Source: a bacterium (GTDB lineage Bacteria; Patescibacteriota; Microgenomatia; JAMCZE01). Taken from it: 64,000 bases of DNA. This document shows, one piece after another, positions 29,789 to 39,334 of this stretch; the first letter of the stretch is position 1; each line of letters starts with the position of its first letter. The DNA is taken from the NCBI GenBank assembly GCA_021836035.1, contig JAKBJL010000004.1, positions 67,841 through 131,840 of the forward strand, given 5' to 3'. Below the pieces are notes generated by a model that was not told the origin of the DNA, searched no databases, and saw only the letters and a program-made list of their open reading frames with translations. The position numbers were made by a program, and so were the translations under genes.

Positions 29789-30340
29789 CAATGCAAACTT
29801 CTCGTTATCCAAAATCTTTGTCGCGTTATCATCCAGAGTAATTAATTCAAGATTGTCTAACTTAGTCCAATAGTCAAAATCAAGCGATTCAGCTTCCTGT
29901 AAGGCTATTTTGTACTTGTTTTTATCGAGAACTTGCAGCGTTGGATCAGTAACTTTGTAACCAGAGTTTTCTGCAACAAATAAGCCTATTCCAATGTGCG
30001 GAATATAACCCAAATCTTTTTTGAAAAACGGAGCCAAAATACCAGTATAAAGCTTATCGTGAAGCGCAATTACTTCATTATTTCCTTCTTTCAATATCAA
30101 ATTGAGCCAATGATCCCAAGATTTTTCCAATCCGCACAGATGAATCTTAAAAGTCTTTTCGTCTTTTAAAGTATCATTTATATGTTTTTCTAGCGCAGAT
30201 TTATCGATGTTTTTATCACCTACTGGGAAAACTAGAGTAATGTGTGGTTGGATGAAATCAACGTACGGATCATATTTTTGGCGAAACACGTCAATCTTTG
30301 GTGTATCTATCTTTGGTCTGAAAACTAATGCGTATAGCAT
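29777..30340 (-). CDS. Possible 2H phosphoesterase (LigT/ThpR-like) family protein.
   Basis: PHITLVF (H-x-T-x) and a second, degenerate H-box IPHIGIGLF. 187 aa. Weak assignment. Confidence 0.3.
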   Translation of the reverse strand: MLYALVFRPKIDTPKIDVFRQKYDPYVDFIQPHITLVFPVGDKNIDKSALEKHINDTLKDEKTFKIHLCGLEKSWDHWLNLILKEGNNEVIALHDKLYTGILAPFFKKDLGYIPHIGIGLFVAENSGYKVTDPTLQVLDKNKYKIALQEAESLDFDYWTKLDNLELITLDDNATKILDNEKFALGNS

Positions 30341-30394
30341 TTTGTAATAAATTTTAACTGAATTATTAGTTTATGTAAGTTTCTGATGATTTCC

Positions 30395-30546
30395 GTCACA
30401 TACGGAGCTGGGGACGGTACTCAGCTCGGACCTGCTATTACCACTATGGCTTTTTCTTAACTTATACAGTCTTATAACTCCTGATCTTATTTTAAAACTC
30501 AACGCTCTAAAAAGCCATCTTGATATCCCAAGCTTCAAGAGCTATG
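30395..30546. repeat. Copy B of the ~150-bp repeat. cacatacggagctgggg resembles the 3' flank, CCA and acceptor 3' strand of tRNA-Gly(TCC) at 31171-31203.
   Basis: Alignment to the plus strand at 31171-31191 (cacatatggagcgggatacgg) gives 17 of 21 identical positions. Confidence 0.5.
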
Positions 30547-30654
30547 AAAAATGGTATCATAAACGTGCCGAATGATCTCTGCGATAAACGTATCTTTTTT
30601 AGGGAGCTGATGGCACAAATCGTGATCCACCTTAGCCCAGAGACCGAGTTTAGT

Positions 30655-31128
30655 ATGAGAAAACACATAAGAGCAGTCGCTATCATAATAAAAGACAATG
30701 ATGTCCTCTTGATGTGGAGAAAAAATCAAGGAAAAGAATATTATGTTTTTCCTGGTGGAGGAACTGAAGAAAACGAAACAGTGGAGGAAGCCGTACTTCG
30801 TGAAGTCAGAGAAGAAACCACACTTAAAGTACGAATAGAAAAACAACTTTATCATCATCACTATATCAACGATAGTGATCAGTATTTCTATCTTTGTTCT
30901 TATTTGTCTGGTGAACCAACCCTTGGAGAGGCGAACGAAAAAGAAGACATGTTGAAAGATAATGGTAATTTTTATCAACCGGTATGGATGAAAATAGAAG
31001 ATTTAAAAATATTACTGCTTTATCCACTTGAGATTAGAGATTGGTTGCTTGAAGATGTAAAAAATGACTTTAAAAATACTCCGAGAGAAGCATCAATAGA
31101 ACTGAAAGAACTGCGGCAATCTTTATAG
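30655..31128 (+). CDS. NUDIX hydrolase. The ORF track's upstream TTG at 30520 is probably not the real start.
   Basis: Nudix box GGGTEENETVEEAVLREVREETTL (GX5EX7REUXEEXGU). Confidence 0.8.
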   Translation: MRKHIRAVAIIIKDNDVLLMWRKNQGKEYYVFPGGGTEENETVEEAVLREVREETTLKVRIEKQLYHHHYINDSDQYFYLCSYLSGEPTLGEANEKEDMLKDNGNFYQPVWMKIEDLKILLLYPLEIRDWLLEDVKNDFKNTPREASIELKELRQSL

Positions 31129-31176
31129 TACCTTATTGTACTTTCCTAGTAACTTTCTGTTTACATCTGCCACATA

Positions 31177-31250
31177 TGGAGCGGGATACGGGAGTTGAAC
31201 CCGTTTTTATACCTTGGAAGGGTATCGTTGGGCCGATCAACTAATCCCGC
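31177..31250 (-). tRNA. tRNA-Gly (anticodon TCC) with encoded CCA.
   Basis: Reverse complement GCGGGATTAGTTGATCGGCCCAACGATACCCTTCCAAGGTATAAAAACGGGTTCAACTCCCGTATCCCGCTCCA. Confidence 0.85.
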
Positions 31251-31558
31251 GCTGCTGGTAATTATAACAACTGCCCTAATCAAGGTAAAGTTAATATAGC
31301 CAATATACTACCTCTTTACTAAATAAATATAATATCCCGAAAAATGGTAGCTATTATTATGAGATAAGAAAGAAAATCTGCTAACAATTCCCCCCCTTGC
31401 TCCGTGTGCAGACCCTTTATTCCCTGCTGGAAAATGTTTCCGCTGTTTCTTCAAAACATGGCACTCGCATCGAAAGATCGACTGGATCAACGAGATCAAA
31501 TAACCAGAACTAACTACCAGGAAACGCAGGGGTTTTTATCAGACAGATCTGCTAGCGC

Positions 31559-32050
31559 CTAAAGGTACGCATTATAAAGGGCCCCGAATTTAACCATTTG
31601 TTTATCGGATATTGCTGCCATAAAGATTTGTACGGCTGTAATGTTGTCGCAAGGCAGGTTTTGGATTAATGACTCAATCTGACTATCTTCTACAAGCTCG
31701 GAGTAGTAAATCTGGCCCATTTCCTGCTCTTTTTCAGTGGCAATAACTTTCCGGTTAGTTTGGACGCCGGCTTTTGTGATAGGTCTCGGGGTCTCTTTTT
31801 GTTTAACATAAGAAACAATTTCGTTCGGGTCCAGTTGGTACTTCTCTAAAAGTAGGTAGATATTATAAAAGTCATGGTAACGAACCCGATCGCTAATGGC
31901 TCGGATTTTCTCGGCACAGATTTCTTTGATATCCATGACGGCAGCTGAAAAATCCACACCCCAGACGTTGTGGTAAGCAAGGGTGTGGGCCGGGAAAAGG
32001 ATATTTTGCAAGAAATCAATTTCAACTTTCAGTGAGCCTGGCTGAATCAA
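31559..32050 (-). pseudogene. N-terminally truncated AbiEii/AbiGii-like nucleotidyltransferase toxin fragment.
   Basis: The C-terminal motif EKIRAISDRVRYHDFYNIYLLL matches the AbiEii R..RDlYDl..L signature. The N-terminal GS/GGTAL nucleotidyltransferase motif is absent. An in-frame stop lies 8 codons upstream of the TTG start. Confidence 0.4.
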
Positions 32051-32119
32051 TAGCCCTGTATAAGTTAATTCTTACGCGGCATTGTTTACTTTATTACCCT
32101 TAGGCTTTTAAATATTTCT

Positions 32120-32863
32120 ATGAGAACTTGGGCTTTGATTACGGCTTTAATTTTAACGATAAATATTTTCTGGCTATTTCCCGTACCGGTTATGGCGGCT
32201 GGGGGAATACCGGTTTTAATGTACCATTATGTACGTAATTTTACTTATCCCGGAGATCCGGAAGGACATGTACTTTCCGTCTCTCCTGCTAATTTTGACG
32301 CGCAGATGGCTTATCTTTCTTCTCACGGCTATACCCCCATCAGTCTGGATACGGCTTATGCCATAGAAACAGGAGCCTCTCCCTCCCCCGGTAAACCAGT
32401 AGTTTTAACTTTCGATGACGGCACGATCGACTTTTATGCTAACGCTTATCCGATCTTAAAATAATACGGTTTCCGGGCAAACTCTTTCGTTATTACCGGC
32501 TTTGTTGGCGGACCCGCCTTTCTTTCTTGGAATAATATTCATGAGATGGAAAATTCCGGTTTAATTTCTTTTGAAGACCACACCATTAATCACCGTGCTC
32601 TAACCGGACTTTCCTTCGCGACTACTATGTTGGAGCTTAGTAATAGCAAAAAGATGCTAGAGGCTGAGACCGGCAGAACAGTTAATTTTATTGCATACCC
32701 AGACGGCGCTTCTAATTTACGGGTGCAAACCGAAGCTTGGGAAACTGGGTTTGTTTCCGGCTTCGGTACCTGGGGCGGGAAAATGTTTGGACCCGGCATG
32801 AACTTGCCTCGGGTGAGGGTTTACGGCAGTGAATCTTTAGCCGTTTTTGCTTCCCGTCTCTAG
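32120..32863 (+). pseudogene. Polysaccharide deacetylase (NodB/CE4 domain) interrupted by an in-frame TAA at 32462..32464.
   Basis: PVLMYHYV, LTFDDG, then ILK-TAA-YGFRANSFVITGF and HTINH. The two ORF-track ORFs (32120..32464 and 32546..32863) are in the same frame and together form a complete NodB domain. The stop sits where a Lys is expected (ILKKYG). Confidence 0.7.
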
Positions 32864-33042
32864 ATACAGCGTAAAATAATTTTACTGTGCTGAGAGTGTG
32901 AGTTGCACACACATCTGAGCTTTTTCAGAGCCCCGCCGTGACTACCTTGGCTATCTCAGCAAATTCGTTTTCGTTCCCCAACCTTACTTGGAACCTCGTT
33001 TGCTAACTTGGTAGATTATATTATTTTAACAAATTATTTTTG

Positions 33043-33114
33043 TGGGCACTAAGGGATTCGAACCCCTGACAGCTGCGATGTAAACGCAGTGCTCTACCGC
33101 TGAGCTAAGTGCCC
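33043..33114 (-). tRNA. tRNA-Val (anticodon TAC).
   Basis: Reverse complement GGGCACTTAGCTCAGCGGTAGAGCACTGCGTTTACATCGCAGCTGTCAGGGGTTCGAATCCCTTAGTGCCCA. Confidence 0.85.
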
Positions 33115-33118
33115 CCTG

Positions 33119-33201
33119 TGCTCTCGCCGGGACTTGAACCCGGACGCCCTTACGGGCATAGCTCCTCAAGCTATCGCGTATGCCAATTCCGCCACGAGAG
33201 C
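33119..33201 (-). tRNA. tRNA-Leu (anticodon GAG) with a long variable arm.
   Basis: Reverse complement GCTCTCGTGGCGGAATTGGCATACGCGATAGCTTGAGGAGCTATGCCCGTAAGGGCGTCCGGGTTCAAGTCCCGGCGAGAGCA. Confidence 0.85.
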
Positions 33202-33403
33202 ATTCCTACTCATTTCTCGCTCAATGCTACAGCCCATTGGTTATGAATACATTTTGGTGGACTTGGAGCGACTAATGTTGAACTGCTCCAAGAACTAGCT
33301 GATTCGATAACAGCTTACTGGGATTGTAACACTTTCGATCCTAAGATTCTCACCGATAGCTACGCCGGCACAGTGGGTCGACAGCTATTGTATAATCAAC
33401 TTT

Positions 33404-33685
33404 ATGAGTATTAGCCCGCAGCCGTCACCAGCAAATAATCAACCTGTACAGGCTCCAATCAACGCAACACCTGCATCAAGCGTACCCAGCAACCCTCCGG
33501 TTTCATGTAACGCTGCCACCGGCGAACCAATTGTTGAGATGACGAATGTCCTTCATTCAATCGACCTTAAGAGTCCAGACGCAAAGCTTAATGCTACGAG
33601 TATTGTCGGAGCGGACGGCAAACGAATCAAGCTTAATCAAGACCTCACAAACGCCAACGACTTCGAGAAAACTATTAAGAAGTAG
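33404..33685 (+). CDS. Hypothetical Pro/Ser-rich small protein.
   Basis: 93-aa ORF inside the element. Confidence 0.3.
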   Translation: MSISPQPSPANNQPVQAPINATPASSVPSNPPVSCNAATGEPIVEMTNVLHSIDLKSPDAKLNATSIVGADGKRIKLNQDLTNANDFEKTIKK

Positions 33686-33764
33686 ATCATTGAACTTCTA
33701 GCTACAATCACTCCTGCGTAAAGTTTGACAAACTTCAGTTAAAATAGATTTAGGAGGTCAAACT

Positions 33765-34163
33765 ATGGCAGACGAAACTAACGAAACAAGTCTTCTCAAC
33801 GAACTCAACGACTCAAAGTCGCCAGAGCTGGTCAATCTAGTTACCGGTGATCCTGAAGTACCGATCTTTTTTGCTAAGTGGCTTGAAAGCGGTTGTAACG
33901 CCACCGCTGCTTATAAAGCACTTCACCCAAATGTCGCTGATGCTTCGGCCAGAGTGTTGGGCTGCAAGAAATTAACATTGATTAACAAACCGGCAATTCT
34001 GGCTGCCTATGGGCTTGAGTTTGACACTTTCTTCGACCAGCTTAAGAGTGGTTTGCAAGCAGAGAAGTTTAATGAGTTCTCCGGCGAGAAAGTTGCCGAC
34101 CACAAGATCCGACTTGAATACCTCCGGCTGCTCGGTAGACTTCTTGGCATTATTCAGGAGTAA
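33765..34163 (+). CDS. Phage terminase small subunit-like HTH protein.
   Basis: FFAKWLESGCNATAAYKALHPNVADASARVLGCKKL resembles the Terminase_2 N-terminal HTH (FxxEYLxxGxNATxAYxxAGY....A...ASRLL). Confidence 0.45.
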   Translation: MADETNETSLLNELNDSKSPELVNLVTGDPEVPIFFAKWLESGCNATAAYKALHPNVADASARVLGCKKLTLINKPAILAAYGLEFDTFFDQLKSGLQAEKFNEFSGEKVADHKIRLEYLRLLGRLLGIIQE

Positions 34164-34216
34164 ATCACACCCAAAGTTTCTAATATATTAGAGTCTTTGA
34201 TATAATCGCCTCATTA

Positions 34217-34310
34217 AAGGTTGATACGGCGGGCCAACCCAAGTAAGATAATGCTCAAACCGTCCGTTGGCCGTATCCTCGGACGGTTTCGATTGGAGGT
34301 GAATTGATTT
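34217..34310 (+). promoter_or_regulatory. Promoter TTGATA-N17-TAAGATAAT plus a 5'-UTR hairpin (AAACCGTCC...GGACGGTTT) and a GGAGG RBS for the gene at 34311.
   Basis: The same promoter-hairpin-RBS arrangement recurs at 37152..37239. Confidence 0.4.
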
Positions 34311-34601
34311 ATGGCAGCAACTCAAGAACAAGAAAAAGGCAAAGAAAAAGGCGGTACCGAAGTTGGTACAGTCTACCAAGCCACTTTAGGGCATTGGCAC
34401 ATGGGTGTGTGGACAACGGCAGAGGAGGCTGAAGATGAAATCAAGGCTTTCAAACCAGACGCTACACCCTTTCAAGGTCTGCCAACGAATATCGGTGAAG
34501 TGCCTGAAGGGCAATACTACATTCAACCTCGGACACTTTTTACAAAAGACCAAGCCAGAGCAGGAGAGCTAAAAGGCAAATTGGGTAAAACAGGTAAATA
34601 G
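34311..34601 (+). CDS. Hypothetical small protein.
   Basis: 96-aa ORF with a strong RBS. Confidence 0.4.
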   Translation: MAATQEQEKGKEKGGTEVGTVYQATLGHWHMGVWTTAEEAEDEIKAFKPDATPFQGLPTNIGEVPEGQYYIQPRTLFTKDQARAGELKGKLGKTGK

Positions 34602-34673
34602 GCAATTCTTGCGCAAGGATTGTTGAAGTGGCAGGGACAACACCCTGCCATTTTTGTGGTCTATAATGGATCA

Positions 34674-36150
34674 ATGGATACGGCCGAGAAACTTGACATT
34701 ACGAAACTTCGGTATGTTTTGTATGCCCGCAAGTCCACCGACGACCCTAAGAAGCAGGTGCGCTCCATTGAAGACCAGATAGCCGAATGTCGACTGTTCG
34801 CTGCTCGTAATGTGCTCACAATAGTCGGCGATCCGATAATCGAGAAGAAGTCGGCCAAAATACCCGACCAGCGTCCTGCCTTCAAGCAAATCCTTGATGA
34901 CATCCGAGATGGTAAGTATGACGGTATCCTGTCATGGCACCCTGACCGGTTGGCAAGAAACATGAAGGAGGCCGGCGTGATAATAGAAATGCTTGATGAG
35001 GGCGTCATAAAAGACTTAAAGTTCGCTACCCATTACTTCTCAAACGACCCAAGTGGCAAGCTCCTACTTGGCATCCTGTTCACACTATCAAAACATTACT
35101 CTGACAAGCTTTCGGTCGATGCCACCCGTGGGACTAGGAGCAGACTTGCAGAAGGCAAGACGGCCACGCCGAAATACGGATACATTAACGAAGAAGGCAT
35201 TTACAGGCCAGACCCTGAAAACTTCGATTTGATGTGCCAGGCATGGATGATGAGGCGAGACGGTGTCTCGATTGAGGACATCTGCAAATTTCTTAATGAA
35301 AAAGGCTTCTACCGAATGGTCAAGTCCTCCGGCAAGAAACTCTTTGCGACTAAACAGAAACTCAGCGATATATTTCGTGATCCGTTTTACTACGGACTAT
35401 TAATACAGGCTAGTCAATCGGTCGACCTCCGGCAAATGTATAACTTTCAACCGGCTGTCAGTGAAGAAGACTACAACCTGGTACACAACTCACATATCGA
35501 AGATTTAAGCCAGGTAAGGCCCACGGTACCGCCCCCTACCCACTCCGGATCATGGTCTTCTGCTCTTTTTGCAATCGCTCAATGCGAGTCGGCCCATCAA
35601 GAAGCAGTAAGGGTAAACAGTACCTGTACTTCAGGTGCGACAACGAAGAATGTGTCCGCCAGAAACGAAGTATCCGGTCAAAGGTCATCTTTGACTTCGT
35701 GTACGAGTTCCTAACCGGTGGCTCAACTTTACGGAGAAGGAGTACCACAACTACTATGACAAGCTTGTTGAGCTTTCAGACGTTAAACGGGAGACACTCA
35801 AGATCGAACTTCACAGCAAACAGGCAGCACTAAATAGAATCAAAACAGAAATCAATGAGCTGTCAAACGGACTCTTGAAAGCTGGGGTTAGTACCATAGT
35901 CAAAGAAGAAGGTGAGGCAAGTATCGCAAGGCTAGAGCCACAACAGTTTGAGTTACAAGAAGAAATTAACCAAATCAAGGCTAAACTCCCTGATCCTGAC
36001 AAGACCAAATTAAGCTTAGAACAATTCTTGAACCCGTCAATGAACGCAGCACCAAGGCTCAAAGCCGGTAACGCCATCGCCAAAGACGCAATTTGTCGTT
36101 TAGTGTTCTTGAACTTAACAGTTAATGAGGAGAATGTATTGTCCTATTAA
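34674..36150 (+). pseudogene. Large serine recombinase copy 1, disrupted by at least two frameshifts.
   Basis: Resolvase catalytic domain YARKSTDD...QIAEC...ILSWHPDRLARN is intact up to ~35513. The zinc-ribbon segment (CSFCNRSMRVG...YLYFRCDNEEC) continues in ORF 35552..35833 and the coiled-coil C-terminus in ORF 35875..36150, each in a different frame. All segments align colinearly with copy 2. Confidence 0.7.
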
Positions 36151-36301
36151 CTCAAGGAGCCATTCGCTACCTTGCTAAAACAACGCCAAATCCTATCTAG
36201 TGGGCGGTTTGAAAAACCGCTTGAACTGGTTAATTATATCATTGCCAACCTGGACCTGCTGAATGAAACTAAGGACAAGTTGGACGATTGCTTAGCCCCA
36301 A

Positions 36302-36619
36302 GTGAGCCAGCCGGTAGACAAATCGAAAATTTATTGCTATAACACGCTTGTCACAACCAAAATCAATATGGCTGATAATTTGACTGACCTGGTTGATCTT
36401 CTGCTGAAGAATCAGCGCACGATAACAACTACTTCTGGTGAGAATGGACGCGGTGATTCAGACAGCGGATACAATCTTTCTGACGGACAAGGTGTGACCG
36501 CGGGCGGCGTTATTGTTGACCTTCGGCCTGATATTGCCGGTGAGCTGGATAATATATACTCGTCCACTATTAAACTATCTGGTTATCCTCTTACTTTAAC
36601 CACTTCTGCTTCTATCTAA
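36302..36619 (+). CDS. Hypothetical protein.
   Basis: 105-aa ORF. Confidence 0.3.
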   Translation: MSQPVDKSKIYCYNTLVTTKINMADNLTDLVDLLLKNQRTITTTSGENGRGDSDSGYNLSDGQGVTAGGVIVDLRPDIAGELDNIYSSTIKLSGYPLTLTTSASI

Positions 36620-37151
36620 AATTATCCGAAACCATTAACTTATAGTAACCAATCCACGCTCGAAGTTGTTTTTTGTTGGTTCAGCTACGCTCGAAAGTAC
36701 GTCGCTTAATAAACGATTTGCGACGTGGACCGTCAAACTGGGCTGATTCTTAATTGTCACGCCGGCGTTACAATTGCACATATCCGTGGCTTTACCTGGT
36801 AGCTTGTGGTGTCACCGCGTCAAGTGAAGCGAGATAATCCCGGTAATCAAATGCTTGACGATTCTTACTCATATTTGCGAGATAATAAATTTTGATAATT
36901 CGTGCTTAAAAACGAATTGAGAAGTAATAGGATATTACTACTTTACTATCAGTTTTATACATTAAAACCTAAGGCAATTCTTCTTTATGCAGCTTTTTCT
37001 TTAAAAATTGACGCCCGGTTGAGAAATCTACTTGGGGTTGGCTGCTGGCTTACCGACCGCAGTTTTTATGCGGCAAAAAATTAGACCAAAAGTCGCGGTG
37101 TACACAATTTGCTTTTAGGGGGTACTAGCGATAAAATCTGACTATCATAAG

Positions 37152-37239
37152 TTGATATGGCCAACCTGGGTTTGCTAAGATAATCTCAAACCGTCCCGCG
37201 GCCATATCGCTGGGCGGTTTTTGTTTGGGGGTGAGAATT
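37152..37239 (+). promoter_or_regulatory. Second copy of the TTGATA-N18-TAAGATAAT promoter with its 5'-UTR hairpin, upstream of the gene at 37240.
   Basis: Paralogous to 34217..34310. The shared block is gttgata.ggc..ccaacc..taagataat.ctcaaaccgtcc. Confidence 0.4.
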
Positions 37240-37557
37240 ATGGCAGAAAAAATGAGAGTATTTAAGACTGCAGTGCAAGACGTTCTCAATTCAGAAGACG
37301 CTGTACGAGCAGCTATTGAATCTGGGTTACCCCCAGAGGCTTTTGAATCCTTTTCAACGGTTGCTGAATCAACAATCGCTTCTTTCTGTAAGGGGTGTGA
37401 TAATTCAGGTGGCGAATCTAAACCTTGTAAGCTCGTTGGACCGGACGATCAGGCAAGATATGCGATTAGAAATTGGTGTGGTTATGCTGCGGTAAGTGGC
37501 GAGAGAGGTGAAATGACCGCCAAAGGATTTAATCGCTGGGACGCAAAGAAAAGTTAA
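37240..37557 (+). CDS. Hypothetical Cys-containing small protein. The ORF track begins at an upstream TTG.
   Basis: ATG preceded by GGGGGTGAG, CxxC..C pattern, 105 aa. Confidence 0.4.
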   Translation: MAEKMRVFKTAVQDVLNSEDAVRAAIESGLPPEAFESFSTVAESTIASFCKGCDNSGGESKPCKLVGPDDQARYAIRNWCGYAAVSGERGEMTAKGFNRWDAKKS

Positions 37558-37582
37558 TAGTCTTTATAAAAAAGAGTATAAG

Positions 37583-37613
37583 TTGGCGGGTTTAATCAAC
37601 CGCCAATTTTGTT
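37583..37613 (+). terminator. Intrinsic terminator.
   Basis: TTGGCGG-gtttaatcaa-CCGCCAA hairpin followed by TTTTGTT. Confidence 0.5.
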
Positions 37614-37728
37614 GGTCGAGAATAGCCCGTCGGCACACTAAAATGGCTAAAGTAAGCTATCGATATGGCCAACAGCACTCTTTCACCGCAAGACTTGGCT
37701 AAACCTCTTCAGAGTATTCGGTCTTAGC

Positions 37729-39334
37729 CCGAAGAAAAAGATCCCTCGCAATATCGCTATGTCTTTTACGTTCGAAAATCGACCGACGAAGACGATAACC
37801 AAGTTCGATCATTACCGGATCAGATTGTTGAATGTCAAAAGTTTGCCGAGGATAATGGGATAAATTACGACCGGGACAATATAATCCGAGAATCCTGCTC
37901 GGCAAAAGATAGCGGTATTCGTCCTCTTTTTAACAAAATGCTTGAGGATATCCGCCGAGGTAAATACGACGGTATCTTAGCTTGGCACCCGGACAGATTG
38001 GCTCGAAATATGAAAGGGGGCGGCGAGATAATCGATCTGCTGGACAAAGAGATTATCAAAGACCTCAAATTTAAGAGCTTTACTTTTACCAACGATCCTT
38101 CGGGTAAAATGCTGCTTGGGATACCTTCGTTTTGTCCAAAGAGTATTCTGACGCCCTTAGTGAGAATGTAAAGCGGGGTATCCGACGGTCACTTGAAGAA
38201 GGTAAATACGTTGGTAAGAGAAAACACGGCTATTACAAGGATAAAAATCAAATGCTTCGTCCGGATAACGCCGCTAGCTCACCCAACTTTGAATTATTGA
38301 CCAAAGCTTGGGCAATGAGACTTGAAAACAAAACCCTAGTCGAAATTGCCAATTATCTGAACGCAAATGGTTATTCGGTGCCTTTGGACAATATTGGCCG
38401 CAAGCACGAACTATTCAAAATGACGCTAAAAATCTTGTCAGAGATATTTCGGGACCCGCTGTATGCCGGGGTGCTAGTTTACGGCGAAGAGAACAAGCCG
38501 GTGGCTTTACCAGACGCTTATGACTTTATCCGTATGATTTCGGTTGACGATTTCTTACGGGTTAACCATATCGACAATCTAACCCAGATCGTCAGGCAAC
38601 GTTTCAGGGGTGCTCAACCGGGATCGAGAAAGGCAGAACTTATGAATGGATTAGTGCTTTGTCCGAAATGTGGCGAGGATATGGTAGCCGGGATTACACC
38701 TAAAAAGACTGGCCTGCGGACAATAAATTACTACTATTTCAGGTGCGATACCCCCGATTGCGCTAGACGTGGCAAGTCCGTACGAGCCAAGATCCTGCTT
38801 GATTTTATTTACGATTTTCTTGAAAACCACAAACCGAAGTCTAAAGAAGCTTATGATCGGTATCTGACTGAAATGGATAAGGTGATTAAAGAAAAAGCCA
38901 CTGCCCTCGAGAGCCACAAGAGGCGGTTACTGCTTGATAAATCAGCTTTTGACAAGAAGATTGAACGGTATAAAAACTTTCTTACCAGTCAAAAAGACTT
39001 AGACCAGACCACCAAAAAATCATTTCTGGATAGTCTTGAAAGTGCTACAGCAGCTCGTGGGCAGGTTGTCGAGTCGTTGGACGAGATAAATACTGCGATT
39101 GCTAACCAAAACCAGTCAGTTTTGTCTTATCAGAAGTTTATTGAACTATTTGACAATCTGCCTGTTATCTTGCGCCAAACCAAGGTTTTGAAAGAGAAAG
39201 ACGACATAATCAGAAAAATCTTCTTGAACCTCACTTCTGACGAGAAGAAAGTATTGTCCTATCAATTAAATCCACCTTTCGACACCTTGCTCGAAGAAGG
39301 TAGTTTTTCGAATGGTGGGCTGAAGAGGACTTGA
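37729..39334 (+). pseudogene. Large serine recombinase copy 2. It has no start codon upstream of the catalytic region and a frameshift near 38120, and its 3' end overlaps tRNA-Leu(CAG).
   Basis: An in-frame TAG is followed directly by PEEKDPSQYRYVFYVRKSTDED with no start codon between. The frame switches between ORF 37938..38171 and ORF 38132..39334 at ...SGKMLLGIPS / FVLSKEYSDALS. The zinc ribbon CPKCGEDM...YFRCDTPDC is present. Confidence 0.65.

Larger units (their letters stand above)
33202..39312. mobile_element. A ~6.1-kb integrated element (decaying prophage or satellite-like remnant) lodged between tRNA-Leu(GAG) and the 3' end of tRNA-Leu(CAG).
   Basis: It contains a terS-like gene, two paralogous large serine recombinase genes (both disrupted) and small ORFan genes. 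The last recombinase ORF overlaps the tRNA 3' end. Bounded by tRNAs. Confidence 0.5.

Noticed and set aside
33250-33300. tggtggacttggagc... as an attR-type copy of the tRNA-Leu(CAG) 3' end (tggtgggctgaagaggacttgaacc).
   Set aside because: Only short words (tggtgg, acttg) are shared. This is too weak to call without an alignment tool.
35552-38171. ORFs 35552..35833, 35875..36150 and 37938..38171 as independent genes.
   Set aside because: Their products align colinearly with consecutive segments of the paralogous serine recombinase. They are frame-shifted pieces of two pseudogenes.
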